Sequence record: OK335775.1
Length of the DNA stretch: 64,000 nt
Origin: Escherichia phage PSD2002
Direction: 5' to 3' (one strand)
Under the pieces are notes generated by a model. The model did no database searches, had not been told where the DNA came from, and saw only the letters and a program-made list of their open reading frames with translations. How positions within the stretch are numbered: the stretch's first letter is position 1; each line of letters opens with the position of its first letter. Positions 11,392 through 22,266 of the stretch are shown piece by piece. The translations under genes were made by a program, and so were the position numbers.

Positions 11392-11661
11392 ATGGCTAAA
11401 GAAAAAGTGAAAGTTGAATTCAATCAAGAAGAACATGGTAACACATTGGCACAACTGATTAAGTCGGCTTCTGATACTAAATTAAAAATGGAAGCTTACG
11501 GTGACGAAATTAAAGATATCAAAGACCGTGCTAAGACTGAACTTGGTGTAGACGGTAAAATGTTTAACCAACTGTTTTCCCTGTACCATAAAGGCACTCG
11601 TGAACGTTTCGAAGACGAAAAAACTGAAGTGGTAGAACTGTATGACACAATCTTTGAATGA
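11392..11661 (+). CDS. dsbA: dsDNA-binding protein DsbA (late transcription enhancer)
   Basis: ORF track starts at GTG 11383; ATG at 11392 with AGGTG RBS gives 89 aa, the length of T4 DsbA; position between rnh and 33. Confidence 0.7.
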   Translation: MAKEKVKVEFNQEEHGNTLAQLIKSASDTKLKMEAYGDEIKDIKDRAKTELGVDGKMFNQLFSLYHKGTRERFEDEKTEVVELYDTIFE

Positions 11662-11944
11662 TTTTGATGGAGCGGTTAATACCGCTTCCGAACCTGTCCA
11701 TGTATTGGTAAATAAACAACAGAATGGTCTCGATATTGAGGCCTTTGTTGAGGCTGAAGGTTGTAGCTACCTCGAAGCGGCTACCGCATGGTTGGAAGAG
11801 AACAGCATCCCTGAAGGTAACTTTGCTCGTTATTTGCCTGCAGGAATTATTGATAAAATTATGAACGAAGCCATTGATGATAACTTGCTTCGACCTTCAA
11901 TGGCTCGAACGCAAAAAACTAATACTCTGGATTTCTTGTTATGA
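11642..11944 (+). CDS. 33: Late transcription co-activator gp33
   Basis: 100 aa acidic protein between dsbA and 59, as in T4. Confidence 0.65.
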   Translation: MTQSLNDFDGAVNTASEPVHVLVNKQQNGLDIEAFVEAEGCSYLEAATAWLEENSIPEGNFARYLPAGIIDKIMNEAIDDNLLRPSMARTQKTNTLDFLL

Positions 11945-12594
11945 TTAAGATTCGCATGCCACCAAACAATAACCGTATGGTGAATGGTAAGAGCGTATAT
12001 TCACTATACTTAATGCTCAAACATCACTTCAATGCCAAATACGACGTTATAAAATATAACTGGGTCATGCGAATCTCTGATACGGCTTATCAAAAACGTC
12101 GTGACAAATATTTCTTTGAGAAATTGAGTGATAAATACACTTTGAAAGAGCTTGCTCTTATCTTCATGAGTAACTTGGTGGCTAACCAAGACGCATGGAT
12201 TGGCGACATCAGTGATGCTGACGCCTTAGTCTTTTACCGAGAATATATCGGTAGACTTAAAAGAATAAAACAAGTTTTTGAGGATGATATCAAAAACATC
12301 TATTATTTCAGTAAGAAAGTGGAAGTTAAAGCGCTTTCTGAAATTTTTGATTATAATAAAAAAGTTAACTCGAGCTATATTTTTAAGCTCCTTCAATCGA
12401 ATGTTATTTCATTCGAAACGTTTATTTTGCTTGATTCATTTATGGATATAATTGATAAACATGATGAACAGACCAACGATTTAGTGTGGTCTAAGTATTC
12501 GACTAAATTAAATGCTTACAAAAAAATTCTTATAGTAGATTCTATTGAGGCTCGTAAATTGTTCATTGAAACAATTAAGGGTTGTAAATTTTGA
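11941..12594 (+). CDS. 59: Helicase loader gp59
   Basis: 217 aa; ...DVIKYNWVMRISD..YQKRRDKYFF...LVANQDAWIGDISDADALVFYREYIGRLK... matches T4 gp59. Confidence 0.9.
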   Translation: MIKIRMPPNNNRMVNGKSVYSLYLMLKHHFNAKYDVIKYNWVMRISDTAYQKRRDKYFFEKLSDKYTLKELALIFMSNLVANQDAWIGDISDADALVFYREYIGRLKRIKQVFEDDIKNIYYFSKKVEVKALSEIFDYNKKVNSSYIFKLLQSNVISFETFILLDSFMDIIDKHDEQTNDLVWSKYSTKLNAYKKILIVDSIEARKLFIETIKGCKF

Positions 12595-13226
12595 ATATAG
12601 TTTATAAAATGACTTGGCTTAATCGTCAGGCTAATAATATTAAGCCGTTTTCGTACATAGGTTCTAAAACTAATTGTACTTTTGAAAATGGCGTGATTAT
12701 TGACTGTAAAGGTAAAGAGTATTGGACCTCTTGCGAGCAATCAAGATTTAAAGAGGCCATCGAAGAAGAAAAACCTATTGTTGAAATTTTGGCTATAACG
12801 CCATTTGATATTGTTATTAATATTGAACGTTCAGAACAATTGGAAGTTCAAGCTAGAGATAATGATGATTATTTTAATTTGGTTTATGCCGGTGGCGGAT
12901 TTGGAGTCTTTGGATGCACTCACCCAGCCAAACGTCCTGAAGTTAGAGCCCATATGAAAGCTGCTAACTATATGAATCAACCCGATTACCGTCCTTGGAA
13001 AACTTCTAGAGCAAACCCTTTAGATTGGATGCTTAGTGATATTGCTTATACTAATTATTGTATAATTAATTCTAGTGGAAGAGCTTGTGGATGGAGGCGT
13101 CTCATTAACTCTGGTATAAATGTTAGTGAAACTACATCAAAGAGTATGATTAAACAATTTAATGAGGGTTGGATTCCTAATGATGACCCTGAATTCATTA
13201 AGTTAAAAATGCTTTATTCGAAGTGA
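12591..13226 (+). CDS. GIY-YIG family (Seg-like) homing endonuclease, free-standing, between genes 59 and 32
   Basis: 211 aa from TTG at 12591 overlapping gp59 TGA (TTGA); N-terminus IVYKMTWLNRQANNIKPFSYIGSKTN fits GIY...YIGS motif; FGVFGCTHP...EVRAHMKAAN resembles I-TevI linker / NUMOD3 region; same location as segG in T4. Catalytic residues not all evident, may be degenerate. Confidence 0.5.
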   Translation: MNIVYKMTWLNRQANNIKPFSYIGSKTNCTFENGVIIDCKGKEYWTSCEQSRFKEAIEEEKPIVEILAITPFDIVINIERSEQLEVQARDNDDYFNLVYAGGGFGVFGCTHPAKRPEVRAHMKAANYMNQPDYRPWKTSRANPLDWMLSDIAYTNYCIINSSGRACGWRRLINSGINVSETTSKSMIKQFNEGWIPNDDPEFIKLKMLYSK

Positions 13227-13324
13227 TATATAATTACTTCATCTTCAAAACCTAGTTATCAAGGTAAACGTGATAACAACAACTGTTAATAAATTTATTA
13301 AATATATCAAATAAGGTAAATAAT

Positions 13325-14236
13325 ATGTCTATGTTTAAACGCCGTAATCCTGCTGAACTTGCTGCTCAACTGTCTGCAATGAAAGGTGGCTCTTCTTTCT
13401 CGTCTGATGACAAATCCGAATGGAAATTGAAAGATGACAATGGCGTAGGAACCGCAGTTATTCGATTCCTTCCTTCGAAAAACGAAGCTAATCCATCCCC
13501 ATTCGTTAAGCTTGTTAACCATGGTTTTAAGAAAAATGGTCAGTGGTATATCGAATCATGTACGTCTACTCATGGTGATTTCGATTCATGTCCTGTATGT
13601 AAATACATGAACCAGAATGATACCTTTAATACTAATAATGCCGAATACAAACTGATGAAACGTAAAACTTCCTTCTGGGCTAACATCCTTGTTATTAAGG
13701 ATAGTGCAGTGCCTGCTAACGAAGGTAAAGTGTTTAAATTCCGTTTCGGTCAGAAAATTATGGATAAAATCAACCAGATGGTTGAAGTTGATACCGATAT
13801 TGGTGAAGTGCCGGTTGACGTAACATGTCCGTTTGATGGTGCGAACTTCGTACTGAAATCTAAGAAAGTTGGCGACTTCAAGAACTATGACGATTCCAAA
13901 TTCATGGGTCAGTCTGAAATTCCTAACATCAATGATGAAGCTTACCAAGCTAAATTGATGGAAGAAATGCACGACCTTTCTAAACTGCTCGATTTCAAAT
14001 CATTCGAAACTAACGAAGCCAAGTTTAAGAAAGTTGTTGGTACAGCTGCTCTTGGTGGTGCTGCCGCTAAAGCTTCTGCAGCCGCTGATAAGATTGGTGA
14101 TGACCTGGACGCATTCAGTGCAGACCTTGATGCATATGATTCTAAACCATCTACACCGACTCGTTCCACTACTCCTGAGCCGTCAGTAAGTCCTTCTGAT
14201 GACGATGGTCTGGACGACCTGTTAGCTGGTCTATAA
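13325..14236 (+). CDS. 32: ssDNA-binding protein gp32
   Basis: 303 aa (301 aa from second ATG at 13331, T4 length); [13 protein letters not shown]...[10 protein letters not shown]...[12 protein letters not shown]...WANILVIKD...GKVFKFRFG... and acidic C-terminus match T4 gp32. Confidence 0.9.
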   Translation: MSMFKRRNPAELAAQLSAMKGGSSFSSDDKSEWKLKDDNGVGTAVIRFLPSKNEANPSPFVKLVNHGFKKNGQWYIESCTSTHGDFDSCPVCKYMNQNDTFNTNNAEYKLMKRKTSFWANILVIKDSAVPANEGKVFKFRFGQKIMDKINQMVEVDTDIGEVPVDVTCPFDGANFVLKSKKVGDFKNYDDSKFMGQSEIPNINDEAYQAKLMEEMHDLSKLLDFKSFETNEAKFKKVVGTAALGGAAAKASAAADKIGDDLDAFSADLDAYDSKPSTPTRSTTPEPSVSPSDDDGLDDLLAGL

Positions 14237-14252
14237 GTTATTGATTTATAAT

Positions 14253-14278
14253 GGGAAGACTTCGGTCTTCCCTTTTTG
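14253..14278 (+). terminator. Rho-independent terminator after gene 32
   Basis: gggaagac-ttcg-gtcttccc stem-loop followed by TTTTT. Confidence 0.7.
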
Positions 14279-14288
14279 GCATTTAATG

Positions 14289-14317
14289 GTTTACAACGCC
14301 TTTAAACATGATACTAT
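14289..14317 (+). promoter_or_regulatory. T4-type early promoter (PeSL-like cassette copy 1)
   Basis: gtttac + 17 nt + tactat; about 43 nt identical to the copy at 14995. Confidence 0.6.
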
Positions 14318-14346
14318 AGACCTATCAACTACATGAGGAAATAAAA

Positions 14347-14730
14347 ATGGAAATCGGTAAAAAATACGAACTTCGTCCTGAGCGTATCAAAGCTTTTATT
14401 AATATCACCCCTATCAATAATAACGATATGGTGGATATTATCCAAGACAATGGTGGTTGGTTTGAAGTAAAGGATACGATGACCTCGGATGGGGATAAAT
14501 TTGTAACTAAAATCAAATGTGCGAATGGTAAGATTTTTAGTGCAGACGGGACACTAGAGGAATATTTTGAATTGCATGAAGATGAGTTCTATTGCTTCCG
14601 TGAATGTGCTGAACAAGACGAAGTTGACGAACCCGTTACTAAGGTGGGCGTGACTCAAATCCATTGCATTGTTACCGAACAGAACGTTGACCAAATCATT
14701 GAACTTTTGCAAAAAACTTTTAAGGCCTAA
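14347..14730 (+). CDS. Hypothetical early protein (frd-32 intergenic block)
   Basis: 127 aa ORF with GAGGAA RBS directly after early promoter; no recognisable motif. Confidence 0.5.
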   Translation: MEIGKKYELRPERIKAFINITPINNNDMVDIIQDNGGWFEVKDTMTSDGDKFVTKIKCANGKIFSADGTLEEYFELHEDEFYCFRECAEQDEVDEPVTKVGVTQIHCIVTEQNVDQIIELLQKTFKA

Positions 14731-14731
14731 T

Positions 14732-14992
14732 ATGACTAAAGATGATTTCCTGGATGCAGTAGAAAAAGCCAGTGAGAAATTTGAAGTGATGGGTGTACGA
14801 GTTCATAAAGACCGAAATTACGGGCTCGATATCCAAACTTATTCATTATGGCTTGTAGGTGAACATAGTCTTGTAACCACCTTAGTTATGGGTGTTGATG
14901 CCCAACCTTTACTGGTTAAATTTAGAAGTATGGAAAAAGCTACCAAAGAAATGATTAAACTTGGTAAATGGCTTGATAAAATTCAAAAATAA
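14732..14992 (+). CDS. Hypothetical early protein
   Basis: 86 aa from first in-frame ATG after upstream stop (track ORF 14669..14992 overlaps previous gene). Confidence 0.45.
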   Translation: MTKDDFLDAVEKASEKFEVMGVRVHKDRNYGLDIQTYSLWLVGEHSLVTTLVMGVDAQPLLVKFRSMEKATKEMIKLGKWLDKIQK

Positions 14993-14994
14993 AT

Positions 14995-15023
14995 GTTTAC
15001 AACGCCTTTAAACATGATACTAT
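14995..15023 (+). promoter_or_regulatory. T4-type early promoter (PeSL-like cassette copy 2)
   Basis: Same 43-nt sequence as 14289-14331. Confidence 0.6.
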
Positions 15024-15055
15024 AGACCTATCAACTAATGAGTGAGGAAAATAAA

Positions 15056-15283
15056 ATGGCTAAGGTTAATATTGATATCGTTGATTTTGAATACACTTAC
15101 GAAGTTATCCGTAATCGTTATCCTTCTTTAGTTATGACCCATATTAAAGATACCCAATTCTGTAGTATGCAAATTGAAGTCCAAGGTCCTCTTGAAGACC
15201 TTACCCGCTTTATGGCTGACGAGTATTGTGACGGTATGCACCCGGAAGACACTAAATTTTATATGGGCTTAATTCAAAAATAA
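15056..15283 (+). CDS. Hypothetical early protein
   Basis: 75 aa from ATG with GAGGAA RBS (track start 15038 lies upstream of the RBS). Confidence 0.45.
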   Translation: MAKVNIDIVDFEYTYEVIRNRYPSLVMTHIKDTQFCSMQIEVQGPLEDLTRFMADEYCDGMHPEDTKFYMGLIQK

Positions 15284-15313
15284 GTTTACACCAGGCTATG
15301 GTAGTGATACTAT
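15284..15313 (+). promoter_or_regulatory. T4-type early promoter
   Basis: gtttac + ~18 nt + tactat, then AAGGAG RBS. Confidence 0.55.
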
Positions 15314-15338
15314 AGCCTTATCAACTAAGGAGAATAAA

Positions 15339-17037
<1,699 letters not shown>

Positions 17038-17094
17038 AAATTCAAATAATCTGTACTCTGTTTTTGGTTATTATGGTCGGACTGAATTTCATTC

Positions 17095-17102
17095 TATAAA
17101 TA
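17095..17102 (+). promoter_or_regulatory. Possible late promoter TATAAATA upstream of nrdA
   Basis: Exact TATAAATA inside an inverted repeat (ggactga...tcagtcc). Confidence 0.35.
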
Positions 17103-17108
17103 TCAGTC

Positions 17109-17135
17109 CATGCTTAACAGGTTCTATGATAGAAT
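17109..17135 (+). promoter_or_regulatory. Possible MotA-dependent middle promoter for nrdA
   Basis: MotA-box-like atgcttaa, 12 nt spacer, -10 tagaat. Confidence 0.45.
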
Positions 17136-17165
17136 AATTATAGAACCTAACATATTGAGGAAATT

Positions 17166-19421
17166 ATGCAAGTACAAAAAAGTAGTGGTGTATCCCAAGA
17201 TTTTGACGCACAAAAAATTATTAAAGTTCTGACTTGGGGCTGTGAAGGAACCCAAATCGACCCCTATGAATTATACGAAGAAATCAAATCCCATCTTCGT
17301 GACGGTATGACTACCAAAGATATCCAAAATCTGACTGTTAAGGTAGCAGCCAACCTTATTTCGGTTGAAGAACCTGATTACCAATATGTTGCTGCAAAGC
17401 AATTGATGTTTGCACTGCGTAAAGAAGTTTACGGCCAGTTTGAACCGCGTAGTTTTATCGACCATATTTCCTATTGCGTTAACGAAGGTAAATATGACCC
17501 CGAATTGTTGTCTCGATATTCTGCAGAAGAAATTACTTTCTTAGAATCTCATATCAAGCATGAACGTGACTTTGAATTAACCTATGCGGGTGCAATGCAG
17601 CTGAAAGAGAAATATCTGGTTAAAGATAAAACAACCGGTAAAATCTACGAAACCCCTCAGTTCGCTATCATGTGTATTGGTATGGCCTTACACCAAGACG
17701 AGCCAGGTAATCGTTTAGCACATATTATTCGTTTTTATGATGCCGTAAGTACTCGTCAGGTTTCATTACCAACTCCTATTATGGCTGGAGCACGTACACC
17801 AACCCGTCAATTTAGTTCTTGTGTGGTTATTGAAGCAGGCGACTCACTGAAATCTATTAACAAAACTGCTAGCTCAATAATTGAATACATTTCTAAACGT
17901 GCCGGTATTGGTATCAACGTTGGTATGATTCGTGCTGAAGGTTCTCGTATTGGCATGGGTGAAGTCAAACATACAGGCGTTATTCCATTCTGGAAACATT
18001 TCCAGACTGCTGTTAAATCATGTTCACAAGGTGGAATCCGTGGCGGCGCTGCTACTGCTTATTATCCTATTTGGCATTTGGAAGTTGAAAATCTGCTCGT
18101 TCTGAAAAACAACAAAGGCGTAGATGAGAACCGTATTCGTCATATGGACTACGGAATCCAGATGAACGACCTTATGATGGAACGTTTCGGTAAAAATGAT
18201 TACATCACGCTGTTTAGTCCTCATGAAATGGGTGGTGAGCTTTATTATTCTTATTTCGAAGACCAAGACCGTTTCCGTGAATTGTATGAAGCAGCTGAAA
18301 AAGACCCTAGTATTCGTAAGAAACGTATTAAAGCACGTGACCTCTTCGAATTGTTCATGACCGAACGTTCAGGCACTGCACGAATTTATCCTCAGTTCGT
18401 TGATAACACTAACAACTTCACACCATTTATTCGTGAAAAAGCTCCTATTCGACAGAGCAACTTGTGTTGTGAAATTGCTATCCCGACTACTGATGTAAAT
18501 AGTCCTGATGCTGAGGTAGGCTTGTGTACTTTGGCAGCATTCGTATTGGATAACTTCGATTGGCAGGACCAAGACAAAATCAACGAGCTCGCTGAAGTCC
18601 AGGTACGTGCACTAGATAACCTGTTGGACTACCAAGATTATCCTGTTCCTGAAGCTCTGAAGGCCAAGAAACGTCGTAACCTGGGTGTTGGTGTTACTAA
18701 CTACGCCGCTTGGTTGGCAAGCAACTTTGCTTCTTATGAAGACGCTAACGATTTAACTCACGAACTGTTTGAGAGATTACAATATGGACTTATCCGAGCA
18801 TCAATCAAGTTGGCCGAAGAAAAAGGACATTGCGAGTATTATTCAGACACTAAATGGTCTCGAGGCGAATTACCTATCGACTGGTACAATAAAAAGATTG
18901 ACCAAATCGCAGCCCCTAACTATGTTTGTGACTGGGCGTCGTTGCGGGAAGACTTGGCTAAACATGGCATCCGTAATAGCACATTATCAGCACTTATGCC
19001 GTGTGAATCAAGCAGCCAGGTTTCCAACTCTACAAACGGTATCGAACCTCCACGTGGTCCGGTAAGTATTAAAGAATCTAAAGAAGGTAACTTCCGTCAG
19101 GTAGTTCCTAATGTAGAACATAACCAAGGGCTCTACGATTACGCTTGGACCCTCGCTAAGAAAGGTAATAAACCTTATCTTACCCAAGTGGCGATTATGT
19201 TGAAATGGGTGTGTCAATCGGCATCAGCTAACACGTATTATGACCCACAGATTTTTCCAAAAGGAAAAGTTCCGATGTCTGTAATGCTTGATGACCTGCT
19301 ATATTTCTGGTATTATGGCGGAAAAAATCTCTATTATCACAATACCCGTGATGGCTCTGGTACTGATGACTATGAAATCGAAACTCCTAAAGCCGACGAT
19401 TGTGCAGCTTGTAAGCTTTAA
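17166..19421 (+). CDS. nrdA: Aerobic ribonucleotide reductase large subunit
   Basis: 751 aa; class I RNR alpha motifs (ATP-cone N-terminus, NLCCEI, C-terminal CxxC tail). Confidence 0.95.
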   Translation: MQVQKSSGVSQDFDAQKIIKVLTWGCEGTQIDPYELYEEIKSHLRDGMTTKDIQNLTVKVAANLISVEEPDYQYVAAKQLMFALRKEVYGQFEPRSFIDHISYCVNEGKYDPELLSRYSAEEITFLESHIKHERDFELTYAGAMQLKEKYLVKDKTTGKIYETPQFAIMCIGMALHQDEPGNRLAHIIRFYDAVSTRQVSLPTPIMAGARTPTRQFSSCVVIEAGDSLKSINKTASSIIEYISKRAGIGINVGMIRAEGSRIGMGEVKHTGVIPFWKHFQTAVKSCSQGGIRGGAATAYYPIWHLEVENLLVLKNNKGVDENRIRHMDYGIQMNDLMMERFGKNDYITLFSPHEMGGELYYSYFEDQDRFRELYEAAEKDPSIRKKRIKARDLFELFMTERSGTARIYPQFVDNTNNFTPFIREKAPIRQSNLCCEIAIPTTDVNSPDAEVGLCTLAAFVLDNFDWQDQDKINELAEVQVRALDNLLDYQDYPVPEALKAKKRRNLGVGVTNYAAWLASNFASYEDANDLTHELFERLQYGLIRASIKLAEEKGHCEYYSDTKWSRGELPIDWYNKKIDQIAAPNYVCDWASLREDLAKHGIRNSTLSALMPCESSSQVSNSTNGIEPPRGPVSIKESKEGNFRQVVPNVEHNQGLYDYAWTLAKKGNKPYLTQVAIMLKWVCQSASANTYYDPQIFPKGKVPMSVMLDDLLYFWYYGGKNLYYHNTRDGSGTDDYEIETPKADDCAACKL

Positions 19422-19474
19422 TAAAATCTGATTATAATTGACTCATGGATGAGTCACTAACAAATGAGAATAAT

Positions 19475-20614
19475 ATGTCTACAGTTTTTAATACCACCCC
19501 AGTTGATGTTTTAGTCGAGCCGATGTTCTTTGGTTCAGGATTGGGTATTGCCCGTTATGATATCCAACGTCATAAAGTATTCGAAGAGCTTTGTGAAAAG
19601 CAGTTGAGTTTTTTCTGGCGTCCAGAAGAAGTCAACTTGATGATGGATGCTGCTCAATTTAATAAGCTTCCACAATTCCAACAAAATATTTTTACCAATA
19701 ACCTGAAGTATCAATCACTTCTGGATAGTATCCAAGGACGTGCTCCTTCTGCTGCACTTCAAGCCTTGATTTCAGACCCTAGCCTTGATACATGGGTGGC
19801 TACATGGACCTTTAGTGAGACTATTCACTCTCGTTCATATACCCATATCATGCGTAACCTCTATACAGACCCGTCAAAGGTATTTGATGAAATTCTGTTA
19901 GATGACGCTATTATGAAACGTGCTGAATCTATTGGACGTTATTATGATGACGTTATTAAGAAAACTCGCTATTGGCAGAATGCTTTAGAAGAATATCATG
20001 AGTTTAGCGAAGGCGTAAAACAGGCTAAATACGAACTAATGCGTTCTCTTTACCTCTGTCTGCACGTAATCAACGCCCTGGAAGCTATTCGTTTTTACGT
20101 ATCTTTCGCATGCACCTTTAACTTCCATAAAAACATGGAAATCATGGAAGGTAATGCTAAGATTATGAAGTTCATTGCACGTGATGAACAGCTTCACCTT
20201 AAAGGTACTCAGTACATTATTCGTCAACTCCAACTTGGTACTGATGGCGACGAATGGGTTAAAATTGCTCAAGAGTGCGAACAAGAAGCAGTTGATATTT
20301 TCATGGAAGTTAACCGTCAAGAAAAAGAATGGGCTGCTCACCTGTTCAAAGATGGTACTTGCCCTGGATTAAATACTCAGAACATGGGTGCTTTTGTAGA
20401 TTACCTGACAGTTTCTCGTATGAAGCAATGTGGCTTACCGTGTCCTATTACTGATGCTCCTACTCGCCATCCGTATCCTTGGATTCGCGAATACCTGAAC
20501 TCTGATTCAGTGCAGGCTGCTCCTCAGGAAGTGGAAATCAGTTCTTATCTTGTAGCACAAATTGATAACGATGTCGATGAAAAAGTAATGGCATCGTACA
20601 AGAAATATTTTTAA
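19475..20614 (+). CDS. nrdB: Aerobic ribonucleotide reductase small subunit (uninterrupted, no intron)
   Basis: Track ORF 19445..20614; start at MSTVFNTTPVD chosen by similarity to T4 NrdB N-terminus; di-iron ligand motifs present; continuous ORF. Confidence 0.9.
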   Translation: MSTVFNTTPVDVLVEPMFFGSGLGIARYDIQRHKVFEELCEKQLSFFWRPEEVNLMMDAAQFNKLPQFQQNIFTNNLKYQSLLDSIQGRAPSAALQALISDPSLDTWVATWTFSETIHSRSYTHIMRNLYTDPSKVFDEILLDDAIMKRAESIGRYYDDVIKKTRYWQNALEEYHEFSEGVKQAKYELMRSLYLCLHVINALEAIRFYVSFACTFNFHKNMEIMEGNAKIMKFIARDEQLHLKGTQYIIRQLQLGTDGDEWVKIAQECEQEAVDIFMEVNRQEKEWAAHLFKDGTCPGLNTQNMGAFVDYLTVSRMKQCGLPCPITDAPTRHPYPWIREYLNSDSVQAAPQEVEISSYLVAQIDNDVDEKVMASYKKYF

Positions 20615-20619
20615 GGAAT

Positions 20620-20638
20620 GGGGCTTCGGCCCCTTATT
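20620..20638 (+). terminator. GC hairpin with UUCG loop between nrdB and denA (terminator or RNA processing/translation control element)
   Basis: ggggc-ttcg-gcccc followed by ttatt; overlaps region just upstream of denA ATG. Confidence 0.45.
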
Positions 20639-20641
20639 GCT

Positions 20642-21055
20642 ATGAAAGAAATCGCAGACGAATTTAGCTTTATCAAGTACGTCACCCTAGAACTCCAAGA
20701 TGACGCCAGCATTGCTCCACTCACAGTACCAAATAAACAAAATGTCATATATGCTATAGCGGTTGATGATATACTAGTCTACATCGGGAAGACTAAAAAT
20801 CTTCGTAAGCGCATCAACTACTACCGAACCGCTATTAATCGTAAGGACCAAACGTCAGATTCGACCAAGTCCATTCTGATTCATGAAGCACTAATGGCAG
20901 GTAAAAAGGTAGAGTTCTATGCACGGCAGTGCTTTAATCTGTCGATGACTAACGAACTTGGAACTATGTCAGTTGAGACCATGTCTCTTGAAGAGCCAAT
21001 GTTCATAAAGAAATTTAATCCACCTTGGAATACCCAACACCGATTAAAAGGATAA
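20642..21055 (+). CDS. denA: Endonuclease II (GIY-YIG family, host DNA degradation)
   Basis: 137 aa from MKEIADE; VIYAIAVDDILVYIGKTKNLRKRINYY GIY-YIG motif; position after nrdB as in T4. Confidence 0.75.
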   Translation: MKEIADEFSFIKYVTLELQDDASIAPLTVPNKQNVIYAIAVDDILVYIGKTKNLRKRINYYRTAINRKDQTSDSTKSILIHEALMAGKKVEFYARQCFNLSMTNELGTMSVETMSLEEPMFIKKFNPPWNTQHRLKG

Positions 21056-21059
21056 AGCA

Positions 21060-22208
21060 ATGATTGAATTATATGATAACTTGATGGCCCTGGTTAAAAA
21101 CTCGACTAAATCTAAGTTCTTCTTTAAAGACTTTCAGAGTGCGCTAGGAGTCAACTATCGCATCTTTAGTTATAACTATGCATCGTACAGTGATTGGTTG
21201 GAAGACGGCGCACTAGAGTGCCGAGGCATTATGTTTGAAATGGACGAGAACGGTCCAGTACGTATTGCTGCTCGTCCTATGCAAAAGTTCTTTAACCTTG
21301 ACGAAAACCCTCTGACCATCGGTCTAGATTTGTCACCAGAAAATATTGACCTCGTAATGGCTAAGGAAGATGGTTCTCTGATTTCTACATTCATGGACCG
21401 ACAGTATCTTTCTGTTAAATCTAAAGGCTCTATCCATTCATCAATGGTGCATGATTCTTTACGGTTCCTTCGTCTCCCTGAGAACGAGGCCTTTGCCGCA
21501 CGTCTAGAAGAAATCACTAAAGCTGGGTATACCTGCAACCTTGAATATGTAGCACCTACCAACCGTATCGTTCTGGCTTACCAAGAAACAAACCTCATCC
21601 TGTTGAACGTTCGTAATAATGAAACAGGTGAATATATTCCGTATGCTGAATTGTTTAAAGATGGTGCCCTGCGTAAGCATTTGGTTGAAAGTTATGAGCT
21701 CGCTGAGGGCGATTTCGTAGAAAACATCCGTAAGCAGGAAGGCATTGAAGGTTTCATCTTTGTACTGAAAGATGGTACGTTCTTTAAACTCAAAACCGCC
21801 TGGTACAGTGCACTGCATCATACCAAAGATTCCATTAACAATAACGAACGTTTGTTTGAAGTTGTAGTGGCTGGTGGTACTGATGACCTTCGTGGTCTGT
21901 TCAGTACGGATTCGTTTGCTATCGAGAAAATCGATGCCTTTGAACGTATCCATTTAGATTACTTAGAACAATCATTAGCCTTGTTAGAAGCAGCGTACTC
22001 CCAACTTAAGGGTCGCGACCGTAAGGACTACGCCGTTACTGGTCAACTAATCCTTAAGGACTTTCCAGGGTTGTTCTCTATTCTTATGCAGGCGTACGTA
22101 GGCGGCATTAATTATGATACGGTCATGGACCAGATTAACTCTGTGTTCTTGAAAAACCATAAAGCCCAAATCCCTGAAAAATATTTGAAAGAAATTGTGG
22201 TAGAGTAG
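21060..22208 (+). CDS. rnlA: RNA ligase 1 / tail fibre attachment protein gp63
   Basis: 382 aa; YRIFSYNYASYSDWL..ALECRGIMFEMD...EDGSL (ligase lysine-motif region) matches T4 Rnl1. Confidence 0.85.
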   Translation: MIELYDNLMALVKNSTKSKFFFKDFQSALGVNYRIFSYNYASYSDWLEDGALECRGIMFEMDENGPVRIAARPMQKFFNLDENPLTIGLDLSPENIDLVMAKEDGSLISTFMDRQYLSVKSKGSIHSSMVHDSLRFLRLPENEAFAARLEEITKAGYTCNLEYVAPTNRIVLAYQETNLILLNVRNNETGEYIPYAELFKDGALRKHLVESYELAEGDFVENIRKQEGIEGFIFVLKDGTFFKLKTAWYSALHHTKDSINNNERLFEVVVAGGTDDLRGLFSTDSFAIEKIDAFERIHLDYLEQSLALLEAAYSQLKGRDRKDYAVTGQLILKDFPGLFSILMQAYVGGINYDTVMDQINSVFLKNHKAQIPEKYLKEIVVE

Positions 22209-22236
22209 TTTACATCTCCTCATGATGTGTTAGTAT
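22208..22236 (+). promoter_or_regulatory. T4-type early promoter for alc, embedded in 8-bp inverted repeat
   Basis: gtttac + 17 nt + tagtat; ctcctcat ... atgaggag inverted repeat spans promoter and RBS. Confidence 0.55.
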
Positions 22237-22266
22237 AGACTTACCAACTAATGAGGAGAAAACAAA

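Noticed and set aside
13227-13324. AT-rich leader of gene 32 as a possible translational operator/pseudoknot
   Set aside because: T4 gene 32 is known to be autoregulated through its leader, but a pseudoknot could not be confidently traced by eye, so it is not reported as a feature.
19445-19474. Upstream start for nrdB (MDESLTNENN extension)
   Set aside because: The conserved NrdB N-terminus begins at MSTVFNT (19475); the extension is probably untranslated leader, though this is not proven.
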